NCBI GenBank assembly: GCA_018896525.1
Contig: JAHIMR010000072.1
Coordinates: 32,718-96,717 of the forward strand
DNA length: 64,000 nt
Direction of reading: 5' to 3'
Source of the DNA: Actinomycetota bacterium
Lineage (GTDB): Bacteria > Actinomycetota > Geothermincolia > Fen-727 > Anoxymicrobiaceae
Part shown: one piece after another, positions 1 to 8,910 of the stretch
Numbering within the stretch: position 1 is the first letter of the stretch
Layout: each line of letters starts with the position of its first letter
The notes under the pieces: model-generated
Told to the model about the DNA's origin: nothing
The model's input: only the letters and a program-made list of their open reading frames with translations
Database searches by the model: none
Made by a program: the position numbers and the translations under genes

Positions 1-66
1 AGGATCGACGGAGGTTCGTCAGGTGAGCCCGCGATACAGGGGCCTCCGGCAGGGGGGGCCGATAAG

Positions 67-723
67 ATGAGCATCGTGGAGTCACTCCTCTTTGTGGCCC
101 CCGAACCACTGTCGGCGGGGGCGCTGTCGGAGATAACCGGATTTGACCCCGGCGCGGTGAGGGAGATGCTAAACGAGCTTACCGAGTCGTACCGCCGGAG
201 AGACGGGGGCCTGATTGTTCGGGAGGTAGCTGGCGGCTTTTCCCTTTACGCCCGCCAGGAGGCCGCGCCGTTCATCGCCAGGATGGTAAGGTCGCAGGTC
301 AACCCGAGGCTCACCAGGGCGGCCCTGGAGACGATGGCCATAGTCGCTTACCTTCAGCCGGTGTCACGCGGGGTGGTAGCGGAGATACGCGGGCTGCAAT
401 CGGAGGGTGTCATGGGGACTCTGCTGGACCGCGGGCTGGTCCGGCGGGTGGGAAAAGGAGGGCCGCCTGGATACCCGGCGCTATACGGAACAACCCTCCG
501 TTTCCTGGAGAGGTTCGGGCTGGGGAGCATCGATGATCTTCCCAACCTTGAAGATTTCGCCCCGGATGAGGATACCGTGGAAAAGATAAGGAGGAGCCTC
601 TCCTGGGAAATTCTCGAGGAGGAGGAGGATGATGGTGTTGGTGGAGGAAGGGCGCGAGAGGGTACAGAAGATACTGGCCCGAGCGGGGGTAGCCTCGAGG
701 AGAGCCGTCGAGAAGCTGATTGA
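67..723 (+). CDS. scpB: Segregation and condensation protein B (ScpB); E-rich acidic C-terminal tail
   Basis: Translation shows the ScpB winged-helix pattern (LLFVAPEPLS...GGFSLYAR...VNPRLTRAALETMAIVAYLQPVSR...LLDRGLV). ATG at 67. The 3' end overlaps the next CDS by ~95 nt. Confidence 0.85.
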   Translation: MSIVESLLFVAPEPLSAGALSEITGFDPGAVREMLNELTESYRRRDGGLIVREVAGGFSLYARQEAAPFIARMVRSQVNPRLTRAALETMAIVAYLQPVSRGVVAEIRGLQSEGVMGTLLDRGLVRRVGKGGPPGYPALYGTTLRFLERFGLGSIDDLPNLEDFAPDEDTVEKIRRSLSWEILEEEEDDGVGGGRAREGTEDTGPSGGSLEESRREAD

Positions 724-1378
724 GCAGGGACGCGTGACCTGCAACGGCAACACGGTGGTCCTCGGCGACAGGGCACTGGCGGACGTTGACGTTCTGTCGG
801 TGGACGGCATCCGGGTCGAGAACACGCCGGGACTGGAGTACTACGCGCTGAACAAGCCGGCGGGGGTAATAACCACCTCGAGGGATCCCCAGGGACGGGT
901 TACGGTGCTGGACCTCCTGGGCGAGAAAGACGGGGGGAGCGGGCGACTTTTTGCGGTAGGAAGGCTGGACAAGCAATCCACCGGGCTTATACTTCTAACA
1001 AACGACGGGTTTCTGGCCAACCGGCTCATGCACCCGAGTTTCAAGGTAGGGCGGGAGTACAGGGTGGAGGTAGAGCCGGTCCCGGCGGCGGGAGACCTGG
1101 CGCTGCTCCGGAAGGGAGTACCGCTGGAGGACGGGATAACCGCGAAGGCCCGGGTATCGCTTGTTGGAAAGAGCGGAGGGCGGGGATTGGTGGCCATGAC
1201 CCTGCATACGGGAAAGAAGAGGCAGATAAGGAGGTCTTTCGAGTACCTGGGGTACCGGGTCCTATCGCTCAGTCGATTAAGGGTTGGTTCTCTGGGGCTG
1301 GGGTCGCTGAGGCCTGGTGAGTACCGTCGACTTGATCCCGGTGAGGTGAGAGAACTCTACAGGCAGACCGGACTCTAG
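629..1378 (+). CDS. rluB: 23S rRNA pseudouridine synthase, RsuA/RluB family (S4 domain plus catalytic GRLD motif)
   Basis: N-terminal S4 domain (RVQKILARAGVASRR) and FAVGRLDKQSTGLILLTNDG catalytic motif. A GAGGAGGAGGA SD-like run lies upstream of ATG 629/632. The exact start is uncertain because of the overlap with scpB. Confidence 0.85.
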   Translation: MMVLVEEGRERVQKILARAGVASRRAVEKLIEQGRVTCNGNTVVLGDRALADVDVLSVDGIRVENTPGLEYYALNKPAGVITTSRDPQGRVTVLDLLGEKDGGSGRLFAVGRLDKQSTGLILLTNDGFLANRLMHPSFKVGREYRVEVEPVPAAGDLALLRKGVPLEDGITAKARVSLVGKSGGRGLVAMTLHTGKKRQIRRSFEYLGYRVLSLSRLRVGSLGLGSLRPGEYRRLDPGEVRELYRQTGL

Positions 1379-1398
1379 CCAATTACCAAGGAGGGACG

Positions 1399-1761
1399 AT
1401 GAGGGTCAGGAGTTTGAGGGGGGCTATTACAGCGGACGATAACACCAAGGAAGATATCGTCGGGTCCACCGTCGAGTTGCTGCAGGAGATGCTCGACCGG
1501 AACGACGTTGCCATCGATGACGTGGTGTTCATCCTCTTTACCGCCACCGGGGACCTGACGGCGGAGTTCCCCGCGGCGGCGGTTCGCAAGATTGGCTTGA
1601 GCCACATACCGGTGATATGTTCCCGCGAGCTGGCGATAGAGGGAGCGTTGCCCAGGGTCGTCAGGGTGATGATGCTGATGAACACCGACAAGGCTCGGGA
1701 ACAGTTGAGGCATGTTTATCTGAAGGATGCCAGGCAGCTCAGGACCGACCTTCCTGAATAA
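1399..1761 (+). CDS. aroH: Monofunctional chorismate mutase, AroH class
   Basis: 120 aa, collinear with B. subtilis AroH (RGIRGATT..., VRVMM..., HVYL motifs). AAGGAGG RBS 6 nt upstream of ATG. Confidence 0.9.
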   Translation: MRVRSLRGAITADDNTKEDIVGSTVELLQEMLDRNDVAIDDVVFILFTATGDLTAEFPAAAVRKIGLSHIPVICSRELAIEGALPRVVRVMMLMNTDKAREQLRHVYLKDARQLRTDLPE

Positions 1762-1788
1762 TTGTTACCAGAAGGAGGCGATCCGGTC

Positions 1789-2805
1789 ATGATGATAGTA
1801 ATGACTGACGGAGCCACGGACCGGCAGATCGAGGACGTGGTAGACAAGATCCACCAGGTGGGCGCCGAGGCCCATATCTCCCGCGGCGAGTTCAAGATGA
1901 TCATCGGTGTGGTCGGGGACGAGAGGAAGAGGATATCGCAGATACCATTCGGGGCAATGCCGGGGGTGGAGAGGGTAATTCCCATAATGCGGCCATACCA
2001 GCTCGTGAGCCGCGAGTTCAAGCCGCAGGGAACCGTTGTGAAAGTAGGGCCGGTGGAGCTGGGAGGAGACACGTTTGTAGTGATAGGAGGCCCCTGCGCG
2101 GTGGAGAGCGAGGAGCAACTGATGGCGTCCGCCAGGGCGGCCAGGGAGATGGGGGTGCAGGTTCTGCGGGGGGGAGCGTTCAAGCCGCGCACCTCCCCGT
2201 ACTCGTTCCAGGGACTCGGGGAGGATGGCCTGAAGCTCCTGGCGCTGGCCCGGGAGGAGACCGGGCTGCCGGTTGTGACCGAGGTGATGGACACACGGCA
2301 GGTGGAGATGGTCGCCGGATACGTGGACATGCTGCAGGTCGGAGCGCGAAACATGCAGAACTTCGTGCTGCTCAGGGAGGTCGGTTTGCAGGAGAAGCCG
2401 GTGATGCTCAAGAGGGGGCTTTCCAGCACGGTGGAAGAACTACTCATGGCCGCGGAGTACATAGTCAGGGGCGGCAACGGCAACGTGGTCCTTTGCGAGA
2501 GGGGGATCAGGACGTTCGAGAGCGCCACCCGAAACACCCTCGACCTGAGCGCGGTCCCACTGGTCAAGCACCGGAGCCACCTGCCGATCATAGTGGACCC
2601 AAGCCATGCCACCGGCAAAATAGAGCTGATCCCGGCACTGGCCAGGGGTTCACTCGCAGTCGGCGCGGACGGGGTGATGGTGGAGATGCATCCCGACCCC
2701 GGGGAGGCGCTTTGCGACGGGCCCCAGTCGCTTACGTTCGGGCAGTTCGAGGAGATGATGGCCGAACTGAAGGCGATAGCGCCGTCGTTAGGCAGAAAGC
2801 TATAA
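1789..2805 (+). CDS. aroF: 3-deoxy-7-phosphoheptulonate (DAHP) synthase, type I-beta, with N-terminal ferredoxin-like regulatory domain
   Basis: KDO8PS-like catalytic core (GPCAVES..., KPRTSPYSFQG..., MLKRG..., IIVDPSHATG) preceded by a ~70-aa FL domain as in Thermotoga DAHPS. GAAGGAGG RBS precedes ATG 1789; the ORF-track start at 1762 is probably too far upstream. Confidence 0.9.
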   Translation: MMIVMTDGATDRQIEDVVDKIHQVGAEAHISRGEFKMIIGVVGDERKRISQIPFGAMPGVERVIPIMRPYQLVSREFKPQGTVVKVGPVELGGDTFVVIGGPCAVESEEQLMASARAAREMGVQVLRGGAFKPRTSPYSFQGLGEDGLKLLALAREETGLPVVTEVMDTRQVEMVAGYVDMLQVGARNMQNFVLLREVGLQEKPVMLKRGLSSTVEELLMAAEYIVRGGNGNVVLCERGIRTFESATRNTLDLSAVPLVKHRSHLPIIVDPSHATGKIELIPALARGSLAVGADGVMVEMHPDPGEALCDGPQSLTFGQFEEMMAELKAIAPSLGRKL

Positions 2806-2829
2806 CCAGTGGGGTCAGGTGTTAGATAG

Positions 2830-3939
2830 ATGGCTAACTTCAAGAAGGTAGCGATAATCGGTACAGGGCTGATGGGTGGGTCGTTATCCATGGCTCTCAA
2901 GGCACACCCCGGTGTCGGGCACGTCGCCGTTTATGACATATCGCCGGATGCCAGGTTGAAGGCCCGGGAACTGGAGATATCGGACGAGGTTACCGGTTCC
3001 CCGGGCGAGGCCGTCCGCGGTTGTGACCTGTTGTTCCTGGCCACACCGATAAGCGCCATGGTGAAAGTCGTGCATGAGGTGTCAGGGGATCTGCCGGCAG
3101 GGGCCATAATCTCTGATTTGGGCTCGGCGAAGCTGGAAACGGCGGCGGCGTTGGGGGACGCTACTCCACCCGGGATGCATTACGTTGGTGGACATCCCAT
3201 GACCGGTTCAGAGCAATCGGGTGTCGAGTTCGCCAGCGCGGACCTGTTCCGGAACTGCTACTACATACTTACGCCCACAGTCGACACCGACAGCGAGGCG
3301 TTCAGGCGCCTGCACGGGCTGATAACCGACATGGGCGCTCGTGTCATATCAATGGACCCCGAAACACACGACAAGGCGATGGCCACGGTCAGCCACACTC
3401 CACACATGCTCTCGTTACTCCTGATGGATATGGCCGGGAAACAGTATAAGGAGATGAAGAGCCTGTTCACCGTGGCCGCCGGGGGGTTTCGGGACATGAC
3501 CCGCATAGCCGCTAGCAGCCCTGACGTTTGGGTGGATATTTGCATGGAAAACCGGAAATTCATCGTCCAGCGGTTGCTGGAGTACGGTTTTGGGATAACC
3601 GAGCTGATCGACATGCTGGAAAACCGTGACCGGGTCAAGCTGGAGGAGCTTTTCCGCCGGGCCAGGCGAGCGCGCGCGGAGCTCTCGGTCAAAGCGGGCC
3701 GGGAGATAGATGAGTTGTTCGAGGTGTCGTTGCCGGTTACCGACAGGCCGGGTGTCATCAGCGAGGTATCCACCGCGGTGGGATCGCTGGGAATAAACAT
3801 CGAGGACGTGGAGATAGTGCATCCACTGGAGGGTGAAACGGGCATACTGACGTTGAGGATACTCGGCAGGGAGCAGGCCGGTGAGGCCAGGGACAGGCTT
3901 GAGTTCCTGGGTTACAAGGCCGCTGTTCGAGAAGGGTAG
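2830..3939 (+). CDS. tyrA: Prephenate dehydrogenase with C-terminal ACT domain
   Basis: N-terminal NAD-binding GxGxxG (VAIIGTGLMGGSL), a central PDH core, and a C-terminal ACT-like region (VSLPVTDRPGVISEVSTAVG). Confidence 0.9.
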   Translation: MANFKKVAIIGTGLMGGSLSMALKAHPGVGHVAVYDISPDARLKARELEISDEVTGSPGEAVRGCDLLFLATPISAMVKVVHEVSGDLPAGAIISDLGSAKLETAAALGDATPPGMHYVGGHPMTGSEQSGVEFASADLFRNCYYILTPTVDTDSEAFRRLHGLITDMGARVISMDPETHDKAMATVSHTPHMLSLLLMDMAGKQYKEMKSLFTVAAGGFRDMTRIAASSPDVWVDICMENRKFIVQRLLEYGFGITELIDMLENRDRVKLEELFRRARRARAELSVKAGREIDELFEVSLPVTDRPGVISEVSTAVGSLGINIEDVEIVHPLEGETGILTLRILGREQAGEARDRLEFLGYKAAVREG

Positions 3940-5245
3940 GACTGCACTATTGCGCGCGGCGTTTGAAAAAAGTGAACTCCTGAGGGGTGAGGTGGCCGTA
4001 CCGGGAGACAAGTCCATCTCCCACCGGGCCGCGATAGTGGGTGCCGTCTGCCGCGGCGGGGTAACCGCGAGGGGGTTCAGCCCCGCAGATGACTGCTCCA
4101 GCACCTGCGAGGTGTTGCGGGAACTGGGGGTGAGGGTAGACCGGGCCCCGGGGAGGGTCTTGGTGGAGGGCCGGGGTGACACCGGTCTGGAGCAGCCGGT
4201 AGGCGCACTGGACGCCGGCAACTCCGGCACCACGATGAGGTTGCTTGCCGGTGTGCTGGCCGCCAGGCCGATGACGGTTACGCTGACCGGGGATGACAGT
4301 CTGCGGAAGCGCCCCATGACGAGGATCATCGAGCCGTTGAGAATGATGGGCGCAACAATCACCGGGGATGACGCCGAGGGGCATCCGCCGCTGAAGATAC
4401 AGGGGGGGGCGCTGGATGGCATCGAGTACTCACAGGCGGTCCCGAGCGCCCAGGTAAAATCGGCGATACTGCTGGCCGGGCTGGGGGCGAGCGGGAGAAC
4501 CGTCGTGCGTGAGAAGATACCCACTCGTGACCACACTGAGAGGCTTCTGGAGCGCATGGGGATAGAGGTGGTCCGTCGGGGGCTCTCGGTGGAGGTCGAG
4601 CCGGGTGTACCGAGCGGGTGCGACCTGGATATTCCCGGTGACCTGTCATCCGCGGCGTTTGTCATAACATTGGCGCTTATCTGTCCGAAGTCGGATATCA
4701 CCGTGAGGTCGGTGGGGCTGAACCCGACCAGAACCGGATTCCTGGACCTGGTAAGGCGAATGGGCGCCGATATCCTGGTAGACGTGGAGGATGACGGGTC
4801 GTGGGAGCCGGTGGGGGATATCAGGATAAGGCACTCTTCACTCGAGGGAATAGAGCTCACGGGGGAGGATGTGGCGGGCGCCATAGACGAGGTTACGCTG
4901 GTGGCGTTGCTGGCGACACAGGCGAAGGGCAGAACGGTGATAAGGGGAGCGGCGGAACTAAGGCATAAGGAATCCGACCGTATCGGTGGAACGGTACTGG
5001 GGCTGTCGGCGATGGGGGCTGATATACGGGAGACGGAGGACGGCATGGTCATCGAGGGTGGCCGTGCGCTTACCGGGGCCGACGTTTCGCCTGATCGGGA
5101 CCACCGGCTGGCGATGATGTTCGCGGTGGCCGGGATGGCGGCCGCTGGGAGAACCATAGTGAGCGACTGGGAATGTTCCGATGTATCTTACCCCGGCTTT
5201 CTGGAGGCGGTTCGCGGCCTCGGGGGAAGGGCGTTCCATGACTGA
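3881..5245 (+). CDS. aroA: 3-phosphoshikimate 1-carboxyvinyltransferase (EPSP synthase)
   Basis: LxGEVxVPGDKSISHRA N-terminal signature and full-length EPSPS similarity. The true start may be the in-frame TTG near 3950, just after the tyrA stop, rather than 3881. Confidence 0.9.
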   Translation: MRPGTGLSSWVTRPLFEKGRTALLRAAFEKSELLRGEVAVPGDKSISHRAAIVGAVCRGGVTARGFSPADDCSSTCEVLRELGVRVDRAPGRVLVEGRGDTGLEQPVGALDAGNSGTTMRLLAGVLAARPMTVTLTGDDSLRKRPMTRIIEPLRMMGATITGDDAEGHPPLKIQGGALDGIEYSQAVPSAQVKSAILLAGLGASGRTVVREKIPTRDHTERLLERMGIEVVRRGLSVEVEPGVPSGCDLDIPGDLSSAAFVITLALICPKSDITVRSVGLNPTRTGFLDLVRRMGADILVDVEDDGSWEPVGDIRIRHSSLEGIELTGEDVAGAIDEVTLVALLATQAKGRTVIRGAAELRHKESDRIGGTVLGLSAMGADIRETEDGMVIEGGRALTGADVSPDRDHRLAMMFAVAGMAAAGRTIVSDWECSDVSYPGFLEAVRGLGGRAFHD

Positions 5246-5924
5246 AGGCAGTGGAAGCCCGATAATCGCCATCGACGGGCCGGCGGCCTCGGGGAAGAGC
5301 ACGGTTGCGATCACACTTGCCAGGCGCCTGGACCTGCAGCTCGTGGATAGTGGGTCGATGTACCGAACGGTGGCGTTCCTTGCAATGGAGAGCCGGTGCG
5401 GCTCCACCGACGAAATGGCGGTTGGTGCTATCGCCCGAACGGTGCGAGCCGAGTACAGGGCGGAGTTACCCGGAGAAGGGCAGTTGAGGGTTTTCCTCGG
5501 TGAGCGAGATGTGACCGGGGAAATAAGGTCGGCCGAGGCCACCGGGGCGGTTTCCGACGTGTCGCGGATACCGGTGGTCAGGGAGGAGATGGTGGACCTG
5601 CAGCGGTCGATGGTTTCCCGGAGTGGAGCGGTTGTGGAGGGACGGGATATCGGGACAACCGTGTTCCCCGACGCGACCCTCAAGGTATTCCTGGAGGCGA
5701 CGGCAGGGGAGAGGGCCCGAAGGCGCTACCGGGAGTACAGGGAGAAGGGGATCGACGCGAACATCTCGGAGGTTGCCCGGCAGATAAGGAAGCGCGACGA
5801 GATAGACTCCTCGCGAGAGTCGAGCCCACTGGCGATCCCGGACGGTGCGTTGCTGATAGACACCACCGAGAAGACGGTTGCACAGGTGGTGGAGGAGATA
5901 GCGGAAGCCCTGGAAGACGTTTGA
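5238..5924 (+). CDS. cmk: Cytidylate kinase
   Basis: P-loop IIAIDGPAASGKST and cytidylate kinase body. ATG 5238 with GGGGGAAGG RBS, overlapping the aroA stop (translational coupling). The ORF-track start at 5181 is too long. Confidence 0.9.
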   Translation: MTEGSGSPIIAIDGPAASGKSTVAITLARRLDLQLVDSGSMYRTVAFLAMESRCGSTDEMAVGAIARTVRAEYRAELPGEGQLRVFLGERDVTGEIRSAEATGAVSDVSRIPVVREEMVDLQRSMVSRSGAVVEGRDIGTTVFPDATLKVFLEATAGERARRRYREYREKGIDANISEVARQIRKRDEIDSSRESSPLAIPDGALLIDTTEKTVAQVVEEIAEALEDV

Positions 5925-5959
5925 GGACGAAGGCTTGCCCCGATGTGCCCCCGCGTTTC

Positions 5960-8527
5960 TCAGAAACCGACAACGTCATGGCCTCCGGGCCACTTACCCT
6001 GGTAGTTGAAGTACATGGGGCGCTCGCAGACAACCGGCAGGTCGGAGGTGACCGTAGCCGAGATGGAGAGCCCCGGGCCGGCGTCGGCGTTGACGTTGAC
6101 GGTGTGGCGGGACCCGGGGGCGACCAGGTGGGACCTCGTTAGCGGTTCGCCTGACTCGGGAAGGTAAGTGATACGGACTGTGGTGGCGCTGTCATGCGGG
6201 TTCTGGATGCAGAGCCACTCCTCGAAGCCGGGGCCGGTGTACCCCTCGGCGAACATCCAGGTGGTCTTGAGCATATTGGCCCCCAGCACGTCGTGCCCCC
6301 CCGGCCACTTGCCACCGTAGTTGAAGTACATGGGGCGCTCGGCGATGAAGGCGTACTCCGAGGTCAGTACGACGGAAACGTCCTTTCCCGGCCCCATCAC
6401 GTCGTTGACCGACAGGGTAAGCCGCCGCCTGTCGGGGATGGAGTAGGACCTCGCCACCGCGTCCCCCTGGCCCTCCCCAACTGTGAACAGGGCGTTGACC
6501 GTCATCGGCTCCGTGTTGGGGTTCTGTATGCAGAGCCACTCGTCAAAGCCTTCGCGCGTAGTGCCTTCCGCGAAGTACCACTCCTTGGCCGGGGAGGTGG
6601 AACCGACTACGCAGTGCCCTCCGCTCCACATGCCGTGGTAGTTGAAGTACATGATGCGTTCCGCCACTATGAACTCGTCCGATTCCACCAGAAGACTGAT
6701 GTTCCTGCCCGCACCTACGTGGTCCGAGGCCCTGAACGTGGACCGGCTGTTGCCCTCCACAGTCTCGGTGAACGAGATACTATTCTGGCCCTCGGGCATA
6801 TAGGTGAAGGTCAGGTTGGCCGTAGTGTTCTCTGGGTTTTGAACCGTTATGTACTCCTCGAAGCCGGGTAGGGTCGTCCCCTCGGCGAAGTACCACCGGT
6901 TCGAGGTGGCGGTGGCCCCGATGACATCGTGCCCTCCCGGCCACAGGCCGCCGTAGTTGAAGTAAAGCGGGCGTTCCGCCACCAGGTCCGCGCTCCTGGA
7001 GCGCACCCGGACTGAGACCTCACGGCCGGCACCCACCATCTCGTTGACGTTGACCGTCAGCCTGCCGTTCGCGGGGATACTTACCGTCTCGCCCTGTGGA
7101 TCGCCTTCCGCGAACATGAACAGGAGTTCCGCCTCGGCATCAGCCGGGTTGCGGTTACCTATGCACAGATACTCCTGGAAGCCCTCCGCTGTATACCCCT
7201 CGGCGAAGTAGAAGGTGGAGCGATAGGTTGGATTGGAGGTTCCGTAGCAACCGGTATGCCGGGAGTCGCGCCTGAACATCGGCCAGGGGAACTTGTCAGG
7301 GTGAAATGTTGCGTCTTTCTGTTCAACCCATACCCTGGGAGGATCGGGGCGGTTGTGGGCGATCTCCACCTTGCCGTCGTCGTCGAAATCGCCCAGCGCC
7401 GGTGCGTTATTGTAGTCATATTCGACATTCACATTGCCGTCACCGTCGGTGTCTCCCAGGGCGGGGGAGGCGAACTCGCAACCGGTGCTTTTCTTGTCAA
7501 GAAGTTTTCCCCCGGATGAGAACGTGTAGCTCTCCTGGTGTAAGTCCAGAGCCACTACCTCGAGCTCCCCGTCACCGTTGACGTCCCCCACCGCCGGCGA
7601 GGAGAAAACGTACCCCGCGGTGTCGACCGGCCACCCCGGGAGGGGGTTGCCCTGGTAATCCCAGGCGTAGACGTGCCGGCCGTCCACGTTTTCCCAGAAG
7701 TGCCCGGAGCCGATTACGATATCCAGGTAGCCATTACCGTCAAGGTCGGCGAGCGCGGGGGACGACCACTCGACCTGGGGAAGCCACTTCGGCCAGCCCG
7801 GCAGGCTCTGCCCGACGCCGTTTAACACGTAGACCAGGCCTCCACTGGGATACATCCAGCCGGAGCAGTCGGCGCCTATCACGACCTCGTTCAGGCCGTC
7901 CCCGTTGACGTCCCCGATGGCGGGGCTGCTCCATATCGAGTCCCTCACATCCACCGGGTAACCGGCAACCAGCGGGCCCTGGTAATGCCATGCCCATATC
8001 ATGTGCCGCCAGCTTCCGGTCACGATCTCCATGTCCCCGTCACCGTCGATGTCCCCGATCGACGGTGAGGAGAAGACGCCGACCTCCACCCCGGCGGAGG
8101 ACCCCTCCCAAGCTTTCTTGGGCCATCCCCACTGGGTGAGTTGTCCGCCCTGGTGGTCAAACCCCCACAGGTAGCCGCTGTTGTTGCCGACGAAGATCTC
8201 CATGTCCCCGTCACCGTCAACATCCCAGGCGGCGGGGCTCGAGCCGACCCAGTCACCGGTGTCGAACTCCCATCTCTGGGAGCCGTCGCAGTTCAGGCAA
8301 CGCAGGTAATCACCGTCGCCGCAGAGTATCTCCTCCTTGCCGTCCCCGTCGATATCGGCGGCACAGGGGGAGGACCTGGCGCCGTCTGCATAGTTGATAC
8401 CCATTGTACCTGACGGACCGATTCCCGACGCTGCGGCTCCCGCTCCTGGCATATGGCAGGGCAACAGAAGCGCAAATGTCAGCACAAATGTAATTCCGGC
8501 GGCAACTGGACCGACCCTCTGGCGCAT
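5960..8527 (-). CDS. Large secreted protein: signal peptide, ~7 FG-GAP/VCBS-like repeats (integrin-alpha-type beta-propeller), then four tandem ~105-aa repeats of unknown function
   Basis: N-terminal signal peptide (MRQRVGPVAAGITFVLTFALLLP). Repeated calcium-binding-like loops GDIDGDGDMEI, GDVNGDGLNEVV, ADLDGNGYLDIV, GDVNGDGELEVV, GDTDGDGNVNV, WDVDGDGDMEIF, ADIDGDGKEEIL. The C-terminal half has 4 tandem units sharing W/YFAEG(Y/T)T..GFEE(W/Y)L.IQNP...ERPMYFNYGGKWPGGHDV. Probable ATG start at 8527 with a GAGGTG SD; the ORF track extends to GTG 8533. Confidence 0.8.
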   Translation of the reverse strand: MRQRVGPVAAGITFVLTFALLLPCHMPGAGAAASGIGPSGTMGINYADGARSSPCAADIDGDGKEEILCGDGDYLRCLNCDGSQRWEFDTGDWVGSSPAAWDVDGDGDMEIFVGNNSGYLWGFDHQGGQLTQWGWPKKAWEGSSAGVEVGVFSSPSIGDIDGDGDMEIVTGSWRHMIWAWHYQGPLVAGYPVDVRDSIWSSPAIGDVNGDGLNEVVIGADCSGWMYPSGGLVYVLNGVGQSLPGWPKWLPQVEWSSPALADLDGNGYLDIVIGSGHFWENVDGRHVYAWDYQGNPLPGWPVDTAGYVFSSPAVGDVNGDGELEVVALDLHQESYTFSSGGKLLDKKSTGCEFASPALGDTDGDGNVNVEYDYNNAPALGDFDDDGKVEIAHNRPDPPRVWVEQKDATFHPDKFPWPMFRRDSRHTGCYGTSNPTYRSTFYFAEGYTAEGFQEYLCIGNRNPADAEAELLFMFAEGDPQGETVSIPANGRLTVNVNEMVGAGREVSVRVRSRSADLVAERPLYFNYGGLWPGGHDVIGATATSNRWYFAEGTTLPGFEEYITVQNPENTTANLTFTYMPEGQNSISFTETVEGNSRSTFRASDHVGAGRNISLLVESDEFIVAERIMYFNYHGMWSGGHCVVGSTSPAKEWYFAEGTTREGFDEWLCIQNPNTEPMTVNALFTVGEGQGDAVARSYSIPDRRRLTLSVNDVMGPGKDVSVVLTSEYAFIAERPMYFNYGGKWPGGHDVLGANMLKTTWMFAEGYTGPGFEEWLCIQNPHDSATTVRITYLPESGEPLTRSHLVAPGSRHTVNVNADAGPGLSISATVTSDLPVVCERPMYFNYQGKWPGGHDVVGF

Positions 8528-8654
8528 GTTCACCTCTACACTCTATTCTTGGATTGATTGTAATCCCAACCATCCCTTCTTGCAAAAGCGGCCTGGTCCC
8601 TTCCTCGCCACCCAAAGGTGCCTTCATGGCCAACCAGTGGGGTCAGCGCCTTCA

Positions 8655-8689
8655 AATGACACCCTGGTGCCAGGCACCAGGGTGTCATT
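8655..8689. repeat. Perfect 35-bp palindromic element (AATGACACCCTGGTGCC-A-GGCACCAGGGTGTCATT), one of a family of four loci
   Basis: Read directly: 17-bp arms are exact reverse complements. The same architecture occurs at 24948-25016, 43742-43776 and 56995-57029. Confidence 0.8.
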
Positions 8690-8910
8690 ATGTGGCTTTT
8701 GTTTATTTGTGAGGGAAGGTTGGGTCAGCGGTTGTGTAATAGGGGAGGATGTCGTATTATCTCAGCGCTATCAGAGTAGAGGTAGAAGGCCGGTAATAGA
8801 AGGTGGTGGTGGGGTTCTAGAGAGGAACCGCGGAGTTTTTATCAAGCCCCGGGTCGCGGACAGGGGTTTTTTATTGAGATGGAGACAGGCCGATTGAAAG
8901 GAGAGGTCAG

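Noticed and set aside
1762-1788. Upstream extension of the first DAHP synthase (ORF-track start 1762), plus similar extensions for cmk (5181), pgk (27887), pnp (39327), dapB (42931), rbfA (35605) and nrnA (36041)
   Set aside because: In each case a strong GGAGG-type RBS sits inside the extension, a few nt upstream of an internal ATG that restores the conserved N-terminus. The shorter starts are used in the feature table.
3415-5157. Long minus-strand ORFs antisense to aroA (580 aa), uvrB/uvrA/uvrC, rpsA (16042-16911), dnaE (59670-60443), pnp and others
   Set aside because: These are high-GC antisense open frames with low-complexity Ser/Pro/Arg-rich translations, no RBS and no homology signal. 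The sense strand encodes unmistakable housekeeping proteins.
6194-8413. Plus-strand ORFs opposite the large FG-GAP gene (6194-6871, 7256-7581, 8141-8413, etc.)
   Set aside because: They are antisense shadow ORFs of a high-GC minus-strand gene. Their periodic appearance mirrors the tandem repeats of the real protein.
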